Shown: positions 38,959 to 49,696, numbered from the stretch's first letter. The stretch is 64,000 bases of DNA from Euglena gracilis (GCA_039621445.1 CP154954.1:26362954-26426953); one strand, 5' to 3'. Notes: a model not told the origin generated them from the sequence alone. A program made the numbers and translations.

Positions 38959-41900
38959 GCTGCGGCGATGATCTGGCACACTACCGGGGGGGGGGGGAAT
39001 TTTGTGCCAGAGAAATTTTGCGGCAACAAATTTCGCGGACGAAAAATTTCGCGGGATTCCTTAAAAATATCCGGAAATATTTTGCGGGATTTTTTTCTGT
39101 GAAGCAAAAAAGGGAAGCCTTGAGCACCTGAAAGGAAATACATAGACAAAAATTTCGCGGGATTCCTTAAAAAAGACTGGAAATATTTCGCGGGATTTGC
39201 TTCCGCGAAATTGTCTGTGCAAATTTTCTCTAGGGCAAAAATTTTGTCCCCCCCCCCCCGGTTGGGAGGGGAGACTGGAGGACACACGGAAGGGAGAAGG
39301 GATGCCCCCCTGCCAGCGTTTGGAGGGAGGTCAGTAAGTCTGTCAGGATGTGCGGGGCGGAGGCCTCCGCCGCCATGCGTTGGGCCACCAACTCGCAGAG
39401 GGTGGAGCTCAAGGGACCTGGAACAGAGTGAGGGCAGACTCGGTGTCTGGGGCCCAGACCGCGGCTCCCCCGGAGGACGCTAAGGAGTCATCTGTGAAGA
39501 CGGCACCCGGAGGGAGGAAGTCATCAACCGGTATCAGGACTATCTGTCCTGGGTAGGCCTGCTCGGGGCAGAGGCGCGGCCAAGGCTGCAGACCGAACAA
39601 GCGCAAGCCTGGTTGCGCACCACACGCCATCCCACTGAGAGGGCAGAGCGCAGAGCGGAGGATGTTTCTGCCCAGGTTTAGGGTGATGGCATTCGTGAAA
39701 AGTGGTCGGAAAGAAAAGAAAAAAATCGTGAAATTTCGTGAAATTTCAGGGGCCGGAAATTTCAGTCACCACCCTGCCGAGGTTGGGCCCGGGCAGGCGA
39801 CTGCCCGGTGGACGAAGCCTGAGATGGCAAAGGTGTTGCCCAGGGTCTGGAGCCATACCAGTTGCAGAAACCGCATGGTGGCGACCGGGTATGCCACAGC
39901 AGATTCTCCCAACGAGCCCCCCACTACCGCAGCGGGGAGCGCCAGGTGTTCAAGCGCAGGGGCTTGTGACCCATGGCCGCCACCCCGGCGGACATGAGCC
40001 GCTGGGGGGCCATCGGCTGGAGATCCCAGATCTGGTACACACCTGTGGGAGGACAGTGGCGCGCCACAGGAGGGAGCACAGCGCCTTCAGCCGGCGCAGG
40101 GTCTCCAAGGCCTTGCTCAGGCGAGGGGCGAAGTGCACCTCCGAGGCCTGGGGCTCTGGCAAGCCCAGCGCCACACCGACAAAGCGAAAACCTGAAGAGG
40201 AAACAATGTCCAGGTCGCCCACCTGGAGGTGTGCACGAGGTGTGCCCGGATGAGGGCCGTCATTTCTGTGGCCGAGGCGGCAATCAAGGCCACATCGTCC
40301 AGGAAGCTGATGGAGGGCAGTCGGATACCCGCCACCGGCACGCCCATATCGCTGGCAGCCGCCCAGCGGTGGAAGGTCTCCAGTAGAATATTGAGGAGAT
40401 CCGGGCTGTGTAGTGGGCAGACCCTGGGGTCGGCCCACCACACGACCTCACCCCCCCCCAAAAAACACACTGGAATTTTCTTGTGCGTTCAATCCAAGCC
40501 ACTCAAAGAACGAACATTTTGGGGAGGGGGGGCAAATCCCTTTTGTTGCTCAACTGTTCGAGGGCCCAAAATAACAACATCCCTTGTGTTACCAAGTCGT
40601 GTTGGGGGTGGGTGGGCGGGTCCAGACGATCGATTCACTTAACCTGGAGGGGGTCTTCGAGAGCAGGTGGTTTGGCTCCACCAAAACACATTCTGCAATA
40701 CGTTTACAGTTGGAAACAATGTTGTTTGGATTGCGCCGGTAGAAATAAATCCAATCCTGTTTACTTTCAATGGACGGGTCAGCCTGCTTCTTATGGCTGA
40801 CAAAGAAGTCCTTTGGCGGCATGGTCTGGATAATATCTGGAACCGCAATGGCAGCATAAGGGCTGTCCATAGTTGCCAACAGACCATTTTTGAACAACTA
40901 CGCCCTCCTTACGGAGTTGAGGGTTTTAAGGGGTTAAGGTTTCTGGCGCCTTCCAATGCCCGGCGAGGACAGGGGGAATCCACTTTGAGGGAAAACAGCC
41001 TGTTCAATTCAGGGGCAGAGTTGAAGCTGTTCGGTAAACTCAGATACCCCACACTGCCAGGGTTGGAAGAGCATGACCCAAAGCCACACCTCCCCACAAG
41101 GAGGGACGAGGGGTCAAAAAAAGGGCAAACTGAAACTTCACAAAATCAAAATTAGTTTGGGCCAGGAGTTGGGGTGCCCTGGGGGCAGGTTGCGAAGCGC
41201 CCTCGGGCCCCCCTTAGACCTTCTTGGTCTGAAATTGTGTTTGGCGAAGATTTAACCCGGCGTCTGACACCGGGTTCATGACAGAACTGGCGTTCCCCCC
41301 ACTGGTTTTAGGAACGTTGGTTCTGTCTGTGAGAAAGGGGTGAGGAACGGCGGTTCTGTTTTAACCCGGCGTTCCTAACGCCGGTTCTGTCATCAATAAC
41401 AAATGTCATCAAAAGAGCCAAAAAAAATGCCCAAATTGGTTATTGAGGTCCTGATATGACCGTTTCAACCATGTAGTAGAATGCAATTTGCCATTTGGGG
41501 ACTACCAGGGTGGTTATCCAATTTTGGTGAAAAATTGTTCCTGTTTTAGAATATGGGTACCGAGCATGGAAAAATCTGACTACCTCCACTGGACGTCTGT
41601 TGAAAAGAGATGCGCTCGCCATCGTCGGATCGACCAGAGTCGAAATTTGTGTTTGTTTTGATGTTTGGTTTTAGAAGCATAATGAACCATACAGAAGCGA
41701 GTTAGCATCTGTTCTTTGCTTTCGGGGGGGCGGACCACAAAAACGGGGGGAAAGGGAGGGTTTGTGTTCTGCAGCACATTGACAACTTTTTTCAGGGCAC
41801 TCCCCAAGAAAGGTTCCCCATCACATTTCTGGTTTTATGATGAGCCATGTCAAGCAGACTCCCGCAATGCTTGATTGTTGATTTAAAAAAACAACAACAG

Positions 41901-42234
41901 GGAAAGGTGTGGGCATGATCACTGCACCCATCGAAGGGAGCTCCAAAGGTCATTTCATCTTTGAGCCGAAGATCTACAGGGCACGCCTTCCCGACCAATG
42001 TGGGCTCACTTTTATCAATGCTCTCCAGCCAAGACTCTGACAGTACAAAGCAGTAAACTCATACCCCCCTCAAAGTGTCCCCCCCCCCAAACAGGCCAAA
42101 AGTTTTGACACATTTTGGTTTACCCCTTCTCAAAGTGGCCATTTTCCTTCGGCGCCTTTGACGCCAAAGGCCCCCCCAAATTTGGGTCAAACACAGGATG
42201 CCGGTTGGGCTTGAATTTGGGTGAGGGGTTACTA

Positions 42235-42416
42235 CCACCCCCCCCCCCCTTTATTGTCCCCCCCCCTTTATTGTCCCTGGGCCCCGGCCGACGGGGGGTT
42301 TTTTTGGCCCGGCCAATGAAATTCCTTTGGTACCCCTTTATTGTCCCCCCCCCTTTATTGTCCGGTCGGGCCTCCCGGGGGCAGGTCGGTGGGACAATAA
42401 AGGGGGGGGGGGGTGG
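42235..42416. mobile_element. TA-flanked (Tc1/mariner-like) MITE
   Basis: TA-CCACCCCC..TTTATTGTCCC / GGGACAATAAA..GGGGTGG-TA. Confidence 0.75.
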
Positions 42417-43080
42417 TATTATGGTCAGTTTTCGACTTACGTCAAGGAAGGGTTGATACAGGGTACCCTAACCCCAATCCCCCGCAAAAGGTCGAAAGGG
42501 CACGTCAATTATTAACATGCCCCCCCCTTCCTGCATGGCCCCGGGACCCTTTACGGCCCAATGGGGGTGTAGGGGACGGGGGGGGGACGCGGGGGGGGGA
42601 CGCCATTTTTGGGACGGTGAAATTAGGCGAGAAAATCTTTGCCAAATTAGGATTCTACCACAACAAATTAGGACTAACACACCCTAAATTAGGAATCACC
42701 CACCACAAGTTAGGAATCACCAACCCCAAATTTGCCTGAGATTAGGAATCAGCCTCCTAAATTTGGCTGTCTCGAGAACAAAATTTTGGTTCGAAAGTGG
42801 GACGCGGGGGGGATGTAGGGGGGGGGGACGCGGGGGGACGTGGGGGAGACACCCCCAATGGGAGCAGTACGGGGGGCCCGGTACTTGTCTGTTAGTCGAT
42901 CCACAGCAGTGCATCAAGTCTGTTAGTCGATCCACACCTATTTTTGGCCTACTTTGGGTCACTGATGGACAGGGAAAGCTCCTGTGCCGACACCAGCCGT
43001 GCCTCTGACCATCGACCCAAAAATAGGTGGAGGTACCTAAAAATAGGTGTGGATCGACCTGTTTTGCCGTGGATCGACTA

Positions 43081-43313
43081 CCACCTCCCCCCCCCTAATT
43101 GACCCCCCCCCTAATTGACCAAACGCCCCGGAGAAAATTTTTTCCACCCCCCCCCCTAATTGACTGCCCGGGGGGATTCTGTGCTGAAGTACCCCCTAAT
43201 TGACGGTACCCTCCCCCCTAATTGACGCCCCCCCTAGTTGAACCCCCCCCCTAATTGACCAAAAGGGGGGTCCCGTGGAGAGGTCCCACGGTCAATTAGG
43301 GGGGGGGAGGTGG
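43081..43313. mobile_element. TA-flanked (Tc1/mariner-like) MITE
   Basis: TIR CCACCTCCCCCCCCTAATTGACC. Excision with a TA TSD restores GGATCGACTAACAG, the inverse of a motif at 42889. Confidence 0.8.
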
Positions 43314-44664
43314 TAACAGGCACTTTTTATAAAGAACTTCCGAAAAAAGTGCTCAAAAATCGCAAATCCGGGAAAAAAAATTTGGGGTCGAAAATTGGTG
43401 CTCCCGAAAATACGGGAGGAGGTGGGAGGGGTCGATGGCTGTTTGGCCGATTCCCTTGCGATTCACCGTGCCACCCCACCTGGACACACACACTGGGATG
43501 ATAAAAGAGGAGCTTGACTGCCTTGGTCCACAAGTCAGTTGGAAGTTCAATCTCAGTGTAAATGGAATTTGGAAGGGGCAAAAAATCATCAAACTGAGGG
43601 GATGACATTGGTTGCCTGCAGACAGGGTGAATGGATTGTGGCCATGCCAGTTCAGAGGCGTTGGAGCTTTTGCGGCACAACCCATGTGCACTTGGACGCA
43701 AAGTTCAGGTGAAAATCTTGATTGAGACCATTGGCATATTGACACTTGGTGTGAAGCAACAAAAATTTTCTTCTTTCTCGGAAAATCTGCGATGATTTCT
43801 TCATCCTTGAGACAAGAGGTGGGGATGGGATTTCAAACTTTTTTTTGGTGCCTCCGGTCGATCCCACACACAGTTTAGAGGTATGACCTGAGGGCGGAAA
43901 TTTCGGGCTGCGTGGTCTGGCGATAGGTAGGGAAGTCCTAACGCGCGAAGGCCCGGTTACCGCCGTGTGATGCTGTCTCATAATTAATGGCCCCCCCATC
44001 TGGAACATTTGGAACCTGTCCCCCACATGTGCTCCCCCTTGTGCCCTGCCCTGTGCCCTGCCCAAGCCAAAGGGGGGAAGGGGGGGGGTCAGGAGGTATT
44101 TGAGGTCACAAAAAAGACAAGACCCCCCCAAATGCAAATGCAAAAAAATGCACCACAACACCCCAAATCCAGAGGATTCTGGAAAAATTAAGGACCAGGT
44201 CCACACTGGAAAAACAGCAAGTGGCACAGATTGTGGAGGAAAGAAAAACAGCACAGATGGCTGCACAAACCAGGGCTGACAAAACCCAAACCCCAGCAAA
44301 GCTGCCCACAAACTCGGTGACAGCCGCAGACGACTGGTCTGTGCTGTCCTCGACGGATGCCTCCATCTGGGGGGAGTGGACTGGCCAAAGAAAAAAATAC
44401 AAAAAAGCCCTCGTGGACCAGTGGTTGGAAAACATCCATATCACTGTGGCCCCCCTTCCCCCTCACCCCCCCGGACGCACCTGGTCTGACCTGGCGGACG
44501 ATGAGGTCCAGCTCCTCCTGTATGCACCTTGTGCTCCGCTCCAGGGCGGGGGAGTCCGGTGGAAGTTCCTCGCCAAATCATGGGGGACAGGACACACCCT
44601 GGGCACCCACAGGGCCGGCCCCCCCCTCTGGCCGGCAGACCTGTGGCTCAATCACCACACGAAC

Positions 44665-44718
44665 AAAAACCACAGGGACATTCTCTGCTGTGGGGATATC
44701 GAAGAAAACCCGGGCCCT
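44665..44718 (+). other. 2A (StopGo) motif 1: RDILCCGDIEENPGP
   Basis: Matches D(V/I)ExNPGP; conserved in copy 2 (51045-51068). Confidence 0.9.
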
Positions 44719-45294
44719 TCTTCCGGGGGGCCAGCCGGCCAAATAGCCCGTCTGACAACGGACGAGATATGGGACGAACTTTACTGGAATGGCCAGCGTT
44801 GGAGGTGGCAACGTCTGCGCACCCCGGCCACAGCGGGCCCATCCTCTGGGGCCCCGGCCCAGGTCGGCCCAGGGACCGAATTTGCGAAATGCCGCCTGTG
44901 CTTTCAGCACATCAACCTGTCGTCTCTCTGGGACATGCAGTCCCACCACTGCCAGGCAGGTTGACCGCTCGGCAACATCTTTTCGCTCACCACAGTCCGG
45001 GAAGACAATTGGCGTTGGGACCTACACCACCTGGAATCCCTACCAAATGGCGAGTGGTGGCTGGTCCGCTGCAAGGTCTGTGGATGGTCGACAGAAACCC
45101 CTTACCCGGCACCCCTACTGAGCCACACGCAACTGTGTACACCACCGTCTCTCTCTGACTTGGAAAGCGACTTGGAAGGCGACGATAAATACGACGAAGC
45201 TGATAACAAGCGTGCGGTCTACTCACACGGCCACACGGAGGTCACCGCCGCCGGATCCAACAGCCCGGTACCTTGCTCGCCTCACTCATCCACC

Positions 45295-45348
45295 GGCAGG
45301 GGCGATGACATCCTCACCGATGGAGACGTCGAATGCAATCCGGGCCCC
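45295..45348 (+). other. 2A motif 2: GRGDDILTDGDVECNPGP
   Basis: Matches D(V/I)ExNPGP; conserved in copy 3 (61709-61732). Confidence 0.9.
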
Positions 45349-45394
45349 AGTAGTGCCACACGACCCCCTGAGGACCTCCCACGCCGAGTACCAC

Positions 45395-45790
45395 GCGAGG
45401 ATTTTATGCTGGACCCCCCGTGGTTCCAGGTCGTAGTCCGGGCCCTTTCGCCGAACAACCCGCCCACCATCGACGCCTTCGCCGACCAGAACAACACACA
45501 GCTAGCCCACTTCTGGTCACAAAGGGAGGACGCCTTCCTCCAGAACTGGTTCCTGCCGAATCCAATTTGGTGCAACCCGCCTTTTTCCTTGCTCCCTCGT
45601 GTTCTTGAGCACGTCCTCCGCCATGGGGGCAACATCATCCTCCTCGCACCAGAATGGTCCAATGTGATGGCTGGCCTTCGGAGCATCTCCTCGGGCAGCT
45701 TGCCCCTACCACGGTGCCCTATCTATCGGGCCAGGGGGACGGCACTGCTCCCGACCCCAGGCTGGGCAACTGTGGCCCTGCGGATACACC
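45395..45790 (+). CDS. Dam-like DNA N6-adenine methyltransferase domain
   Basis: DFMLDPPWF...IDAFA...N......EDAF.Q.W....WCNPPFS...VL......IILLAPEW, the pattern of the phage Dam / DIRS MT family. NPPF lies at 45574-45585. Confidence 0.88.
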
Positions 45791-46287
45791 ACCCAGGCCA
45801 CCCTCCACTGAGCAGTGCCCCGGGGCCAGTGAGGCCCGTCTCCCGCGCAAGCTACTCGGAACGTCCACATCGTGCCTCGCACACACCGTATCCGCTCGTG
45901 CCCCTCCTCTCCCTGGGACAGCACCGCCTCATCAGAAAGCGAACCGCCTGTCACGGCGGGGAAACATTCCACCTGGGGGACTACGCGGGCCGGACTTTCC
46001 TGATCCACCACGACGCCCTCTGGGACATCCGGGGCACCTCACCCCACTGGTGCCAACGCTGTGGACTGTGGCAATGGCCATGGGACTGTCCCACGCTACT
46101 TCCCCAACACTTCGCCGCACCCAAAACACCACTTCTCCGGCCTGCCTTCCGGCTGAACCCCACCCCACGCTCCCTCCTTGGCGCTGTACAAGCACCACCA
46201 GCTGAGACAGCGCCGGTCCACCCGGCATCAGAAAACGACCGGCGTAGTCCGTCACTGGGCGGTCCCTCCACCTTGGGGACCAACCGT

Positions 46288-46338
46288 GGACGGGGTAGCC
46301 TCCTCACCTGTGGGGATGTGGAGGGGAACCCTGGGCCG
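46288..46338 (+). other. 2A motif 3: GRGSLLTCGDVEGNPGP
   Basis: Matches D(V/I)ExNPGP; identical peptide in copy 3 (62659-62709). Confidence 0.9.
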
Positions 46339-46829
46339 GCCAAGCGCCCAGCACCGCCATCCCCCCGCGGCGCGCCAACCGAAACTGAGGCCAGGGAACA
46401 TGACCACCTTTTCCTGGACCTCGCTCACCCGGAACGTGACGCGGCGATGGTCATCGACAGTGCCGGCCAGGAGTCCAATCTCCGAGGACAGCCTGCGCAC
46501 AGTCTGGTGGTTGGCGCTCCCCCCTGCGACATAACCCACCTTCTCCAACAGAGAATTCCGACCCTCCTCCACCTGCCCTCGGCCTGCCAACAACCCGTCT
46601 TTGACACCATGGCATACGCCATCACGGCATACGTACGAGCACCCACGGACGCGGCATTGTTCGCCGTGCTCTCCTTCCCCAAGCTTGTCCTCCGCCCGCC
46701 ATCACCAAACCACTGCCACCAGCAGAACTGGAGTCCATCCTGCTGCGACGCGCCAGACTATTCCGCGAAGGGGATTACGCTACCCTGCTGACAGAAGCCC
46801 AAAAGGACACCCAGTCACGACACTCCATT

Positions 46830-49322
46830 GTGGAGACCAGGGCAGAAAAACGTTCCAGGACACAGCCCACCGCCCTCAGCGAAGCAATGACGAGACGCGT
46901 ACGCACCCTCACCGCAGAGGGGGCTTCTGAAAAGGCTGTTCAGATTCTGATGTCCGAGGGTGCGCACCAACCGGACGACCCAGAGGTCTGGGGCGCCCTG
47001 GAAAAGCTACACCCCGCCGGCAGGAATGTTGACACCAACCGCCTGCCACGTCATGTCCGCCCTTTCCCCGAGAACCACACCCCCGAGTGGGAGGACCGAC
47101 TGAAGGATGTCATCCGTCGCTTCCCACGGCCATCGGCGCCGGGGCCATCTGGGTTGCGACCAAGCCACCTCCAAGACTGCCTGCGGAGACCAGGTCGAGG
47201 AGCAAGGCTGATCACGGCCCTCGCACTCCTGACCCATGTCTGGGTGGACGGCCAGCTAGCCGCGGCCTGGTGCTGTGCGAACCTAACGCCGCTCCGCAAA
47301 AAGGACAACGGGATACGCCCGGTGGCGGTTGAGGAAACTATACGTCGCTTGGTGGGGAAAGCCCTGCTCCATACACCAAACGCCAGATCCGAGGTCGCAA
47401 CCCTCGCCCCTACCCAAGTAGGGGTTGGGGTACGAAACGCGGCTGAGGCCGTCGCTTTGGGTATGCAACACCTGGTCATTCAGCTGGGGGACACGGCGCC
47501 CTGGGTTTCTCTCCAGGTGGACTACTCCAATGCGTTCAACACGGTGGACCGAGGAGCAATTCTGACGGAGGCGGAAACACGCACCCCCAGCCTGTTCAAC
47601 TTTCTGAGATTTGCGTACAGTGGGCACGTTCCCTTGTTCTGCGGTGGTCGCTCCATCCTGTCACAGAGAGGCACCCACCAGGGCTGCCCATTGGGCCCCA
47701 TAGGGTTCGCACTCGCGCTACAGCCTCTACTGGAACAGATCACCAACGATGGTCAGCTGCTGTGGAACAGCTGGTACTTGGATGACGGCCTGCTGGTCGG
47801 GACTCCAGACCGGATTGAGCACTGCATTCGTTTCTTGATGCAAGAGTCCCATCGAATAGGGCTCGGCCTCAACCTGCAGAAGTGCGTCATGTGGGGCCCG
47901 GGATCCAGGAGCACGCCGAGTTCTGAAAGGATGCAAGTGGTCCCTTGGACCCCAGGGGAAGGCATCACCGTCCTGGGCATCCCAGTCGACCACCCAGCGT
48001 CTACGGACACCACACAAACGGCGTGGGAGACTGCCGCCGCCAAAATCGAGAAGGCCGCATCCACCATCACGTCCGTCACCGACGCTCAGGTAGCGCATCA
48101 TCTGCTTCGGAGCTGTCTGGATGGCTGCAAGGTTAACCACCTGCTTCGGGCATCCCACTCATATGGCAGCCAGGACCAGGTGAGAAGCTGTGCTGAGGTG
48201 ATCCTTAACTCCTTTGAAGACATCCTGGGCACGGCACTGAACACACAACAGCGGGCCCAGGCTTCCCTGCCATTGTCAAGTGGCGGCTGCGGCCTCCGCA
48301 TCCCAACCTTCACACAGCCTGCGGCCAGGATTTCCTGCCTTGCAGACTTCTACTCTGATGGGGCACGACGGGTTGGCGTTCCCGGCTACGCAACCTCCCC
48401 ACAGCCCTCCCTCGTTACGCCTGTCCTGGACGACCTCAGGGGCAGGCTAGGGGCAAACCACGCCACGGTCACCACCTTCCTCAGCAACCCTCAACGTATC
48501 GCGTCTGCGGACCCAGAAGCCCAGAAACAGAAATGGTGGAATCATGAGCTGGGCAACAAGACGATGGATGACCTGGTGGACCAGGCTCGTCCCCGGGACC
48601 AGAACCGCCTCCTCGAACAGGCCACAGGCTTCGGACATGGTTGGATGGCAGCAACCCCCTCCAACAACTCCCACACCAGTTTCTCCAGTGAGGAGTACAC
48701 CTTGGGGTTGAAGTGGTGGCTGGGTCTCCCGGTGCTGAACGACGTCAGTCAATCATGCACGGGATGCAACCAGCCCCTGGACAAGGAGGGTGACCACCTC
48801 CTTTGCTGTCGGCGGAATAACTTCGCCACCCGCCACAACGCTGTTCAGGACGCACTGTTCCAAACCTTGTCCAACAGCGGACAGCGGGTACAGAAGGAGG
48901 TTTCCCTGCCAACGGCCCGAGATAGCCACCTCCGCCCGGCCGACCTCCTCCTAGACTGTTGGTCTGACGGGAAGCCGACAGCGTTGGATGTCACCGTGTG
49001 CCACGGATGGCAGGCGACTGAACACACTGCCACCCGCGAACGGTGGAGATCCTTCCTGAAGAGAAGGGAGAAGGCTAAAAAGCAGAAGTACAATATCCCA
49101 TGCCAGCAGGCAGGCTGGGGCTTCACGCCCTTTGCCCTGGGAACCTGGGGGGGCATGGGGCCCGAGACAGCCAAAACCCTGAGCCGGGTGGCGAAACGCG
49201 CCTCGTCCTGGCAACAGGGGGCAGAACGAGAATTAAAGGAAGCGGAGATCTGCCAGAACGTCGCAATCGCCCTATTACACGAAGTCTTCCATCTCCTACA
49301 ACCCAAGCACATTCTCCGGTAA
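46830..49322 (+). CDS. Reverse transcriptase, zinc knuckle and restriction-like endonuclease (CRE-like)
   Basis: SAPGPSG, IRPVAV, VDYSNAFN, QGCPLGP, WYLDDG; CxxC..DH...C; RHN, RPAD, LDVT, KxxKY. Confidence 0.95.
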   Translation: METRAEKRSRTQPTALSEAMTRRVRTLTAEGASEKAVQILMSEGAHQPDDPEVWGALEKLHPAGRNVDTNRLPRHVRPFPENHTPEWEDRLKDVIRRFPRPSAPGPSGLRPSHLQDCLRRPGRGARLITALALLTHVWVDGQLAAAWCCANLTPLRKKDNGIRPVAVEETIRRLVGKALLHTPNARSEVATLAPTQVGVGVRNAAEAVALGMQHLVIQLGDTAPWVSLQVDYSNAFNTVDRGAILTEAETRTPSLFNFLRFAYSGHVPLFCGGRSILSQRGTHQGCPLGPIGFALALQPLLEQITNDGQLLWNSWYLDDGLLVGTPDRIEHCIRFLMQESHRIGLGLNLQKCVMWGPGSRSTPSSERMQVVPWTPGEGITVLGIPVDHPASTDTTQTAWETAAAKIEKAASTITSVTDAQVAHHLLRSCLDGCKVNHLLRASHSYGSQDQVRSCAEVILNSFEDILGTALNTQQRAQASLPLSSGGCGLRIPTFTQPAARISCLADFYSDGARRVGVPGYATSPQPSLVTPVLDDLRGRLGANHATVTTFLSNPQRIASADPEAQKQKWWNHELGNKTMDDLVDQARPRDQNRLLEQATGFGHGWMAATPSNNSHTSFSSEEYTLGLKWWLGLPVLNDVSQSCTGCNQPLDKEGDHLLCCRRNNFATRHNAVQDALFQTLSNSGQRVQKEVSLPTARDSHLRPADLLLDCWSDGKPTALDVTVCHGWQATEHTATRERWRSFLKRREKAKKQKYNIPCQQAGWGFTPFALGTWGGMGPETAKTLSRVAKRASSWQQGAERELKEAEICQNVAIALLHEVFHLLQPKHILR

Positions 49323-49571
49323 GGAGGAAAAAAAAACCCACAACAAGCACACACACACACACAACCACGACCCACCGCCACTCTCCCCGTCAAGCCACGT
49401 ACCGCTGCCCTGCCCCCGACCCCTCTACACTCCAGCACTGCCGTTCCCCTCAGCTCCCCGCTCCCCCTCGCCTCTCTACCCTCGCGTTACTTATTGAAGG
49501 TGGGCCTAGCCCATTTTCCACCCTCCATCCTATACCCCTGCTGTAAATTATTGTAACCGCCTGCGGACCTG

Positions 49572-49624
49572 CAAATCCAGTAGGCTGTGCCACTGGTCGG
49601 TGGATTCGGTTCGCCCCACCACCG
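49572..49624 (+). other. Conserved 3'-terminal double-hairpin element of family A
   Basis: 51/53 identical to 61461-61513. Stems CCAGT/ACTGG with GGC/GCC, and CGGTGG/CCACCG. Confidence 0.8.
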
Positions 49625-49668
49625 TGATTTGACCGCCGTGTGATAGTATGCACGCCGTGTGATAATAG

Positions 49669-49696
49669 ACACTTTCTGAGTGTCTATTTTTTTTCG
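49669..49696 (+). other. Euglenid spliced-leader exon sequence at the 5' end of family A copy 2
   Basis: (AC)ACTTTCTGAGTGTCTATTTTTTTTCG, followed 18 nt later by gccATG; no GT donor follows. Confidence 0.93.

Larger units (their letters stand above)
34120..40440 (-). mobile_element. Degenerate LINE with RT, RNase H and CCHC finger, fragmented by nested DNA elements
   Basis: RT: PQG.CPL.SP.LLNILLE and ISFLDDVAL (40200-40440). RNase H: VFTD(D)S..SGGAAV, SSTLCELVA, ILTD (39320-39520) and KVRAH...GNDSADFWAK (38190-38290). CCHC: CLCC...DDVHVLIGCP (35240-35300). Confidence 0.8.
44149..49322 (+). pseudogene. Family A polyprotein: N-terminal domain / 2A / two zinc fingers / 2A / N6A-MTase / 2A / RT, zinc knuckle, RLE
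   Basis: One reading frame apart from a TGA at 44962 (AGA in copy 2) and a 4-nt deletion near 46703 (intact in copy 3). Confidence 0.88.
43972..49631 (+). mobile_element. CRE-like RLE non-LTR retrotransposon, family A copy 1 (5'-truncated, 3' complete)
   Basis: 13-bp TSD ACCGCCGTGTGAT (43959-43971 and 49632-49644). The 5' end aligns to copy 2 at about 50323. Confidence 0.93.

Noticed and set aside
41440-42000. Possible hAT transposase remnant (FDGCSD, minus strand)
   Set aside because: Only one weak motif is visible and the frames are broken; this cannot be supported without a search.
11000-43500. Numerous short Pro/Gly-rich ORFs and G-quadruplex arrays
   Set aside because: They are translations of poly-G/C MITEs. 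Homopolymer lengths vary between copies and may partly be sequencing error.
44962-44964. Programmed readthrough or recoded TGA
   Set aside because: Copy 2 has AGA at the same position, so this is a copy-specific nonsense change or a sequencing error.
46288-46338. Vector or transgene T2A contamination
   Set aside because: Present in two naturally diverged copies, in frame within a TE, with an E-to-G difference and no vector sequence nearby.
46690-46830. Programmed frameshift before the RT
   Set aside because: Copy 3 reads through in frame; copy 1 has a 4-nt deletion.
45395-49322. Bacterial restriction-modification or retron locus
   Set aside because: The RT and RLE motifs, TSD, SL and 2A motifs all indicate a eukaryotic non-LTR element.
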